A DNA stretch of 64,000 nucleotides from Bugula neritina. Its lineage: Eukaryota; Animalia; Bryozoa. Within the stretch, counting starts at the first letter, position 1, and every line of letters starts with the position of its first letter. Below are positions 54,746-64,000 of this stretch, piece by piece. The notes beneath the pieces were generated by a model, which worked only from the letters and a program-made list of their open reading frames with translations, was not told where the DNA came from and searched no databases. The DNA is taken from assembly GCA_964035545.1 (NCBI GenBank), contig OZ037770.1:9182973-9246972 (forward strand), in the 5' to 3' direction. The translations under genes and the position numbers were made by a program.

Positions 54746-56695
54746 CTACTCATTGAAATATAACTAAGTTTTAATTCAGTAGTTATACTTATAGTTACAG
54801 ACTTACAGTTATGATATTACTATAATTTAATAGTAATACTAATATTTATAAATTTAATAATAGTTTTACAGTTTGCGTTGCAGTTGTATTTGTAATTGTT
54901 GTTTGAAGCTAGAGTAATTATAATTATTGCTGGTGTTAGACTTACTCTTACTCTTAGTCTTACAGTTACTTACTTAGAGTTACTGTTGGTCATACTCAAT
55001 CTCATACTTAGTATAAGATTGAGTATGACTAAGTCATACTGATACTCATACTCATAGTCATAGTAAGTCTCATAGTGTCATTGTCTATCACTATGTTACT
55101 GTTAGTGTTACCCATACTGTTGGTGTTACACTTACTGTTCCTCTTAGACTTAGTGTTAGTGTTACACATACTGATACTCTTTAGTCCTAGAGTTAGTCTA
55201 AGTCTTAGACTGACTTACATCTATATTCACAATAACGCTTATACTTATAGTTATGCGTATGGTGTTGGTGTTATACTTATTGTCATTGAATCAAGTCCTT
55301 GTGATTGTCATACTCATTGTGTTACTCTTACTCTAACTCTTAGTGTTACACTTACGCTTACTTAATTACTGTTAGACTTGGGAGTTTAAAATAAAAATAG
55401 TCATCAGGTTAATCATTAAGTTATTTTATCAACTTCAAGTGATTACCCTTATCAATTAAATTATGATTTATCATTATGATATTCTGGTTCATGTCGATAT
55501 TGAGGGTGCGGGCTATTTTGTATAAAAGGCAAAATCGTTTCGTACCCACTTTTTCAAGTCGTTTCGTGCACATCTGATAGGTCATTTCATACACATCAAT
55601 ATCAATTAATCAAAACACATAAAAGAGTAGCGTGTTCAATAGGCCTAGTTGTAGGAAAATAAATATTAACTAATTTATGATAACAGATCAGTATAAAGCA
55701 TTGATAAATAGGTGACAAGTGAAGTGTGAAAGATACATGATGGAATGCAATAAAGTTAAACAAGTAAACTTCTTTCATTAAGGTGATTATCCAGTGAGTA
55801 AATTTATTATTCATTTTGTGTACGCAATGGACAGCAGTTTGTGTACGAAACAACTATTTTGTACACTAAACCACCAGTGTAGGAAACGACAGTAACCCCG
55901 ATATTGATATTCATATTGGATATCATTATTCAATTTTATTGATTCATCACACTTTTACTTTAGGTTTAAACTTATGATCATAATGATAATCATATTCATA
56001 ATGATAATGATACCAATTAATTACCTCTTCTTTTGACTTCGTGACAATACTGATTGAGTGAATACTGAATTAGAATAGTGAATACTTACAAAATAAAATG
56101 TGAAATGCTTTTGAATTTTAAACCATGCCAGTTATTTTACCATGGTATGAGATCAGGGCTGGTGGACTAATGCATAACCATTCACCATTTTGATTTATGA
56201 GTATAAATAGTCACTAATGCAATAAAGTAACATTAGAAATAGCAAATAAAACTTATGTCAAAATATTTTGAATAAGAAAAATTGTGAAGTCTTATGTGTC
56301 AGTAAAAGAACAATAAAATATTATCATTGTAGTAATCAACTGTGCTTATGAGTTTTATATACAATGACTGTGCCTTAGGATAAGCACATATATAATTTAA
56401 TCGCGATGTTGCTATTAATTCTAAGTAATTTGCAGTGAATAAATTAAATCGAAAGCCATTTCTACTCTTCTATGTTCAATATGCATTTTTATAGTTCAGG
56501 ATAATATTAAATGTCAACCACATCATCATCTGCATATATTTGTTTTTATTTACTGCATTTCCATTGCATTATGCGAATGAACTTTTCATTTGATGTTTGG
56601 GAATAGTTGGATCTATGAAACCGCAACCATAAATTCATCGGATCCATTTGAAGCAATGGAACTGTAGTGAATAACAAAAGTGCGAACATGCTGCC

Positions 56696-56751
<56 letters not shown>

Positions 56752-56801
56752 GTACTAATACAATTTTGGATATAAAAATAAACTTAGATCTTCATTCTAT
56801 T

Positions 56802-56846
56802 GACTACAATATTGTTTCACGTAGTGTGAGCTACGATCATCAGGTC
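56802..56846 (-). ncRNA. Minimal hammerhead ribozyme, second copy
   Basis: Reverse complement of 58290-58334, downstream of the Penelope ORF stop. Confidence 0.8.
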
Positions 56847-56915
56847 GTTGTGTGTACGCTTGAGTGATTTTGTTTTGAAATTAGTATTGTTAGTGTATTA
56901 CTACGCTGGAATGTT

Positions 56916-58061
56916 TTAACTAGCGTCTGTTAAGTGTGCAAGTAAAAATTTGCGTTTATGTCTACATGCGGTGGAAAGCTCTTTTCGTTTGTTGAGGGAA
57001 GATAATTCCGGTTGTTTTAAAATTATATACTTCTCATAGTTGCATAAATTACATCTATTGGTTAGGTTTGAGTATGATTTGCAAATCTTTGAAATATTCC
57101 ATTTTAAGCTGAATTTCGTTTTGTTGTCTTTTAAATTCCAGATGTGTCTGCTGAGTTGCGTGCTGTTAGCTTTATCTGCATGTAGGAAAGAGGCTTTGTG
57201 GTTATTGAATCTGGTTTTGAAGGTAGTCGAACAGAGTCCTATGTATGAATGGCTGGAATTATTGTCATGTCTTGTTACAGTTGCTTGGTATATTACGTCT
57301 TTGTATAAGCATTTACCATTTAGTGGACAGTGGGAAGGTTGTTTGCAGTTACATTGTGTGTCATTTAGTTTAGTAGCGGTAGTAGGGGTGTGTGCGGTTT
57401 TAAGTTTGTGATGGTTCGAGCCATCAATAATATTTTTCATGTTGGGCATGCATGAATAGCTAATTTTTATAGTTTTCCTATTGAAAATTTTACTTAGTTG
57501 GTTGGATGGTGGAAAGCATTTGTCGATGATTTGAAGAAATTTCTTCCCTATTTTGGTTTTTACTGTTGAACTAAAAGGTGGGTTGTACCACAATATGTTT
57601 CTATTTCTATTATTGTTGTTGGATTTGGGTGTCGGGTTATATTTTAATTTATAGTCATATCCACTGTTTGATAGTGCTTCTTGGTACGGTTGTATGGTGG
57701 TTTTAAACTCTTCTTCATTGGAGGATAGTGAGCTAAGTCTTCTATTTATATTTTCTGGTATGTTTTTCAATACTGCAGGTGGGTGGTCGCTTTGTTTGTG
57801 AACGTAGAGGATAGTGTTTCCAGGTTTTGTATAGGGTTTATAGGATTGGTTAGTCAAGTTGAATGTTACATCTAGAAAGTTTACAATTTTCTTATTGGCT
57901 TCTATTGTGATTGAGAGATTAAATTTTCTAAAAAAGTTGCAAATTTGTTTTTTGTTCTGTTCTATGTGTCTAGGTGTTCCTTCGCAAACTATGAGTCCAT
58001 CATCTCTATACAGGCCTAAATTACATTCTATATTCATTTCAGTAGTTAATAGATTAAGCAA
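56916..58061 (-). pseudogene. Partial Penelope RT + GIY-YIG ORF (N-terminal RT missing)
   Basis: 381-aa uninterrupted frame starting just before the YRDD motif at the inversion junction. Confidence 0.88.
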
Positions 58062-58289
58062 ATATATTCCAATTCCAATAGATGTAATTTATGCAACTAT
58101 GAGAAGTATATAATTTTAAAACAACCGGAATTATCTTCCCTCAACAAACGAAAAGAGCTTTCCACCACGTGTAGACATAAACGCAAATTTTTACTTGCGC
58201 ACTTAACAGACACTAGTTAAAACATTCCAGCGTAGTAATACACTAACAATACTAATTTCAAAACAAAATCACTCAAGCGTACACACAAC

Positions 58290-58334
58290 GACCTGATGAT
58301 CGTAGCTCACACTACGTGAAACAATATTGTAGTC
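58290..58334 (+). ncRNA. Minimal type I hammerhead ribozyme in Penelope pseudo-LTR
   Basis: gac-CTGATGA-t-cgtag(ctcaca)ctacg-t-GAAA-c-aatatt-gTA-gtc: conserved core, stem II, palindromic stem III and GUA cleavage triplet. Confidence 0.8.
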
Positions 58335-58445
58335 AATAGAATGAAGATCTAAGTTTATTTTTATATCCAAAATTGTATTAGTACCAAATATAAATACTCT
58401 ATTTTTCGAAATATTGAGTTCTTTTGATTCATTTTTAATTATAGA

Positions 58446-58479
<34 letters not shown>

Positions 58480-58585
58480 ATATATATATATGTATATATA
58501 TATACATATATATATATTGGTGCTCGAGAAGCTCGGCATCCGAAGGCTTTCATTCCAGATGTTATTTATTTATATGTTTAGTTCT

Positions 58586-61500
58586 ATGGGACGAACGTAC
58601 AGAGAACGTCACAGAAAGTCTAAAAGGTCTGTAAGCGATAAAGGCGGAGGTTATGAGTTGTCCGGCCTTGCACAGTTCTGTGCAGCCCACGGCTGCCAGG
58701 AAGTAAAGCATCTCCGTACCTACAACTTTGATGGTTAGTAGAAGATATTTCTTTGGGTAAATACGGGTGTATTGGAACAGTGTTGGATTATAATAGAGTG
58801 CTCTCTCCTAGGTCATGGATCCTCTTCTCATGAGATTTCATAGGTCATGAGATGGGTTAGAGCACCAGTTTTTTGGTCAAAATGCCATTGAAAATCTGTG
58901 ACAATATTTTTCCAAGTGAATTTCAAGTTGTGAGTAAGTAATTGGAGAAGCTATATTATATCTTGTATAAATGATTGGGATGAGGTGTGAAATGCGTTGT
59001 TTTGGTATTAAGAACTAAAGGTCAAATGTAATTTTGTATAAATTGATAAGTTGAGATTAAATCACCAGAGCTAATTTAATAGCTGTCACAAGAGTGTATG
59101 TATGTATACCCTTTTGTGCGTATAAGCATTAAGTGGCCAAATTTTTGGCTAATGATCAGTGAGTTAAATCTGATATTTTTCGGGTCATGAATTGATGTTT
59201 CGGGACTTCGTGAGATACGAGGTGCACTATATAGCTATAGTTTACCATTGTTCTTTAAAGGGTGCGGCAGGGGTGTACAGACTCTATCTAGAATCCAGCC
59301 AGGGGAGGCTCTTATTCGTCTTCCCCAGACACTTCTAGTAACCACCAGTACCGCCTTGAAAGATGACACTATTAGATCTGTATGTCAAAGGTTAGATGGA
59401 CCTTGAAATAATTGTTTGAAAATAGAAAAATTTTATAATTTTGTAATGAATGCCATATACTCAATAATAAAGTTCATGAGTTTTTTGAAAATATTAGTGG
59501 CCTAGGTCTGTTTAGGTGTTGAATGTCTTGTTAGTGTACATAGCGTAAGTTGTGCTGAATCTAACGTTTGTTTATCAAATTTAGTTTGTAGCCCTATTGT
59601 ATTTCTTGAATTTAACATCAACTCAAGTTGAGACCTGCTATAATTCAGTCAATTATTTGAACTGCTTTGCCACTAGGTCCACCTTGAAGCCCACTGCTGT
59701 GGAATTGCTTTGTGCATTTTTACTGTACGAGAGACAGAAAGGAGACAATTCCTTCTGGCGTTACTACATCACTTCATTACCTACCAGTTTCTCAACTCTG
59801 CTCTGTCTAAACCCAAAGGATGCCCATCTCTTAGATTCACAGCTGCAGACTAAGCTGGAGACCATGCAGAGGAGTGTAGACAGGTGAGTGGAAGTGTGTG
59901 ATTCATGGGTGAGCTTTCCGTATACAGTATACTGGGTAAGTGTTCTATGTGCAGTAGTTTAACTGTCCAGAGTCTAGACGCTAGACTCTAGACGCTAGAG
60001 GCTAGACTATCTCCTTTGGCAGTGGAAGGCAGGTGCTATCAAGCATCTTCTTCACCTGGCACTACTTGTGAACTGTAGCAGTGTGTACTATACCAGTTGG
60101 TGATAATCTTGAAATTACCATTTTTTTATTATTTTCTTTTTTGTAATAAAAACTCAATAGTGTAGAGAAATCAATGTGCTTTGTGGTATCCTAGTAAAAT
60201 AAGACAGAAATATAGGTAGTTGCTTTTTTCTGTTGTTTTTTACTGCAAACTATTTTGTCTACATGTTTGCTGTTTGGAAATCAGCTTATTCACTAACGGG
60301 TTTAAAACACATCAAAGCTTCACACTAGATTCTAGACCTGTGTTTAAATGTTGCATAGAGGTCAATTTTGCAAGCTGTAACATTAAGTTCATGAAAACCC
60401 TAACCTACATGTCTGTCACTGTATACAATTATTATAGCAGAATGCAACTAACCCAATGTCTGGGAATTCCCATGCTGTACATCACACAATGTCTGGGAAT
60501 TCCTCATATTCTCTATAATACTTGAGTCTGGGAATTCCCCAGATTATATATAACGCTAATATATGAGAATTTCCCCACTCAACATCTCTCTCATATTCCA
60601 GAACCTTCTCCGAGACAGTGAAGATATTTGGTGAACTACTAGGGGCTGTGTCGTACTGTGAGTACTTGTGGGCGTGGCATGTGGTCAACACTCGCTGCAT
60701 CTATATGAAACAGCCTGAACTAGAGGAGGTTAGGACGTCCAATGGCGAGGAAGATGACTTTGCACTCGCACCTTTCCTTGACCTCTTGAACCATAGCCCT
60801 AGTGCTAAAGTATGTCTCATAATTATTCGATTACAAAAGGTGTTCATGAAAAATGCCGTGCTCCCTCCATATCTCATGGTTCTATTTCTCGAGAAATTCT
60901 ATAGGTCATGAGAAGGGCTTAGACCTCCGTTTTGTGGCTTATGTATATCTGTATAGGGACCAAATCACCAATTTTAACTGATCAAACAAAACACGACTGA
61001 ATAAAACTAGATCTGTGAGTTAAATCTGGTATTCTAATATGTCACGAATTAAGATTTCGGGACTCGTGGCTTAGTGAGATATGGAGGGAGCACTGTATAT
61101 ATAGTTTATTTTGATGGCTTGTGTTTTGGTTGAACTTGATTTGTCGTTGGTTAAATTAGCAGCAGCATAAGACTGACTCCACAGGACACACACACAGGGT
61201 TCTCTCTACACATTCAGTTTACAATCATGAAGTCATAATACTGTGTTATCCACTGGGCAGGTTAAGTTCATCAGTAAATAGTTTTAACTCTTTCACACAA
61301 GTTCCCTATTAGTTATTAGTAAGTAATCTTGAGGGATTTATTGTCAAGATTTCATAGCTTCAGCTCCTTCAACGTTTAGTTTATATGAATGTAATTGTAG
61401 TCCTCTATACTATATGATGGCGAGACGGGCTTCTGCGAGATAATAACCCAGGATACATACAGGAAGTACGATCAGGTGTTTATTAGATATGATAACCATA

Positions 61501-64000
61501 GCAACAGAACTTTACTGCTGGAGTACGGATTCTGTATTCCAGAGAAGTTGGATGAAGTTGTTGAGCTGAATATTGGCAAGTTCCTGTCTACCTTTCATAC
61601 TCGTCCATATTCTGTGCTAAATTGTGTGGTGTCTGTGTTATTAGTATGCCAAGGGAGCAGCCGTGGTCTAGGGGTTAGAGCGTTTGCCTAGTAAGCACGG
61701 AGTCATGGGTTCGAACCCGACAAAGGCCATGGTGATGTTAGAAAGAGCATCCAGTCATAATTGCTCCTGTGCCCCATCTGAATAAGTTCTTAGCCCGATT
61801 CAACAAAAAAAACTTTTCATCAGGGGTTTTCTCACAGGGTTGGTGACTATAACCTTGCATGAGTTTTATCAGTATGCCTGAAATCATAGACAATTATCTG
61901 ACCTAGTAAAGTGTAAAGTACTGTATTGTTGTCCTTGTGTTGATGATTTATCCTCACCCATCTCCGCTCTGTGCTGTTTGGGTAGTCAGTGTAGTGCTGA
62001 ATTATATTACAAATGAAATGTTTTGTTGATGGATTATATTTTTGTTGTAGATATTTTAACTGAGTATGTATTACAAGGGACCCAAGTTGAACCATTCATG
62101 GAGAAAATAGAAGACTGGAAACTGACCAAGTGAGTGGTATTACTTGATGAAATATGTATTGTTGTGGGGAGAAAACTTTTATTACAGTGGTTTTGTTTAT
62201 AGTATAATGAATATGGATTTTAATGCAATGTTTTAAATTTTGTTTAAATAGCATTTATATTATAAAAATGTTACTCAAATTGTTTCTAAATTTATAGTAA
62301 TAGCTGGTAATCATCTTAAACAACAGTTTTGTGTCTCAGATTGATTTGTACAACTCAAAGTTTACAAAGCTCAGCAATACTCTTTAGATGGGCTAGTAGC
62401 AAATTCCAGATGAACTATTCTGTGTTATTATGCTTTACTATTTCATATTTTGTTTACCATATTTAGAGTATCATTTCTTCTTTATACAGCTTTGCAATTT
62501 CTCTTCTGTCTCAAATAACAGACACAATTTATCTGGTTTACTGTGTGTTTATTGCAGAGGTCTGCTGTGTGTTTATTGCAGAGGTCTACTGTGTGTTTAT
62601 TGCAGAGGTCTACTGTGTGTTTATTGCAGAGGTCTACTGTGTGTTTATTGCAGAGGTCTACTGTGTGTTTATTGCAGAGGTCTACTGTGCGACCGCATAG
62701 AGGGGCTCTCCTGGAACGCCCTGAATGCTATTAAGATAATGTGTGACGCCTCTTGCGGGGAGATATCTGAGTCGGTTGGGAGGCTACGCGTTCTCGATAG
62801 CTCTATGAAACACAGGCTTTCCTATATTGAGAAACTCTCTGCAGCTAAAGCATCAGTGAAGGTATGTCAAATTTGTCTGACTCTAAAGGAGTTGTCTGTC
62901 TCTTTACCTCTCTAACCGGTGCAGCTTCACATACAGTACACCCTCCATATCTCACTAAGTTATACAGTGCTCCCTCCATATCTCACTGAGCTATACAGAG
63001 CTCCCTCCATATCTCACTAAGCTATACAGTGCTCCCTCCATATCTCACTGTGCTGAGGGTCTTGAAACCTCAATTCGTGACATAGTAGAATACCAAATTT
63101 AACTCATAGACCCGTTAAGTTTGGCTATTTTGTTCCTATACACACATATTTAAGCCACGGAAGGGGGTACAAGCCCTTTCCGTGACCTCTAGAGTTTCAT
63201 GTGAAATAGAACCTTGAGATACGGAGGGAACCCTGTATTTCAGTGACTATGTTTTGCCATCCTTACGTTTTATTATTTAGACTATGGCTCATTGCTGAAA
63301 CTTTTCTAGCAGTACATTTTGGTATTCACCATTGTTCTAGACAGTAAGCAGAATTCAATAAAAAAAAACTCACGCAAGTTTATAGTCACCAACCTGTGAG
63401 AAAACTCCTGATGGAAAAGGGTTTTTGTTAAAGCAGGCTAAGGGCTCATTCAGATAGGGCACAGGAGCAATTATGAATGGATGCTCTTCCTAACATCACC
63501 AATGGCCCTTGGTTTGGGTTTGAACTCATGACTTCGTGTTTACTAGGCAAACAATCTAACCCCTAGACTACGACTGCTCCTTACAGTAGAACTCAATAAC
63601 ATCATTTTATTAATTATTTATTATGAAACCATGTTTCTCCGTTGTATGTATATTTTGTTTTGCCCAGCTTCGTATAATCATAGTAGTAAGTTGTACTAGA
63701 TACCTGTTAGTTACTTCCTTTAATGATTTCACCAGGCTTGCATTTCTTGTCATCTTTTTATTAAGTATTTGCCTAAAACTAAGCCGCAATTATAGCCAGC
63801 AGGTAAAGTAACGCAAAGGTTTCTAGTTGTTATCTTTTACCTGCCTATTATTTCACATCTCCCGTCCTTCCCTCGCACCACCAGCTACTCTCTCATCATA
63901 CACCAGCTTTGCATGTAGTACATAGTCTGCCTGCGTCTTGTAGAGAAGTGACAATGAGATGTTTATTCTGGATATGCTGACTGTACTGTATAAAGGAGAG
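58586..64000 (+). CDS. SETD4: SET-domain lysine methyltransferase, SETD4-like; continues past the window end
   Basis: Exons about 58586-58733 (MGRTYRERHRK), 59261-59390 (GRGV...PRHLLVT), 59676-59883 (SFWRYYITSLP), 60602-60809 (WAWHVVNTRCIY...LAPFLDLLNHSP), 61401-61575 (QVFIRYDNHSNRTLLLEYGF), 62051-62129, 62678-62861 (EGLSWNAL), 63944-end. Confidence 0.88.
58796..59228. mobile_element. MITE family B, degenerate or interrupted copy
   Basis: Ends similar to 60856-61095 with about 200 bp of extra internal sequence. Confidence 0.5.
60856..61095. mobile_element. MITE family B (Tc1/mariner-like CAGTG ends, TA flank)
   Basis: GTGCTCCCTCCATATCTCA...TGAGATATGGAGGGAGCACTG-TA; relatives at about 48392-48586, 58796-59228 and 63027-63235. 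Confidence 0.8.
61653..61866 (+). mobile_element. tRNA-derived SINE
   Basis: A-box-like TGGTCTAGGGGTTAG, B-box GGGTTCGAACCC, body GGTGATGTTAGAAAGAGCATCCAGTCATAATTGCTC; at least 5 dispersed copies in the window. Confidence 0.85.
62540..62689 (+). repeat. 24-bp tandem repeat x6 spanning a SETD4 3' splice site
   Basis: ACTGTGTGTTTATTGCAG|AGGTCT with AG ending at 62557, 62581, 62605, 62629, 62653 and 62677. Confidence 0.95.
63027..63235. mobile_element. MITE family B copy
   Basis: TA-CAGTGCTCCCTCCATATCTCA...TGAGATACGGAGGGAACCCTG-TA; interior is the reverse complement of 60856-61095. Confidence 0.78.
63365..63581 (-). mobile_element. tRNA-derived SINE, same family
   Basis: Reverse-complement match to 61653-61866. 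Confidence 0.82.

Larger units (their letters stand above)
56747..58390 (-). mobile_element. Penelope-like retroelement, 5'-truncated, with inverted pseudo-LTR
   Basis: ORF 56916-58061 has RT motif YRDD, FLDVTF..YTKP thumb, WYNPPF, and a GIY-YIG endonuclease (VIY...YIG, FKTRFNNH, CNLCNYEK, LNKRKE). About 315 bp at 56747-57061 is repeated inverted at 58075-58390; flanked by (TA)n on both sides. Confidence 0.93.

Noticed and set aside
60455-60580. Clustered GGGAATTCCC NF-kB sites in a SETD4 intron
   Set aside because: They arise from a degenerate ~33-bp tandem repeat far from any promoter; no other support.
61653-61725. tRNA gene
   Set aside because: A/B boxes are present but followed by a shared SINE body, with several divergent dispersed copies and no clean cloverleaf.

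Overview
AT-rich, intron-rich eukaryotic (invertebrate animal, possibly lophotrochozoan) genomic DNA, not a prokaryotic window; most ORF-track entries are single exons or low-complexity noise. (1) 1-31 kb: a tandem array of four minus-strand TRIM genes (RING, B-box, B-box, coiled coil, NHL-like beta-propeller; copy 1 runs off the window start). The N-terminal exons are near-identical, the propeller is hypervariable in short patches, intron ancestry is mosaic, and the promoters carry STAT/ETS-CRE/IRF/NF-kB-like motifs. (2) 32.7-51.8 kb: a complete multi-exon myosin VI gene (-). (3) 56.7-58.4 kb: a 5'-truncated Penelope-like retroelement with inverted pseudo-LTRs, each with a minimal hammerhead ribozyme. 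(4) 58.6-64 kb: a SETD4-like methyltransferase gene (+), divergent from myosin VI and truncated at the window end. There are many MITEs, tRNA-derived SINEs and minisatellites. The two most unusual signals are the diversifying TRIM-propeller array and tandem repeats that multiply real splice sites, including a 44-bp array in myosin VI whose units each look like an in-frame 24-nt microexon. All exon boundaries were read by eye and need RNA-seq confirmation.
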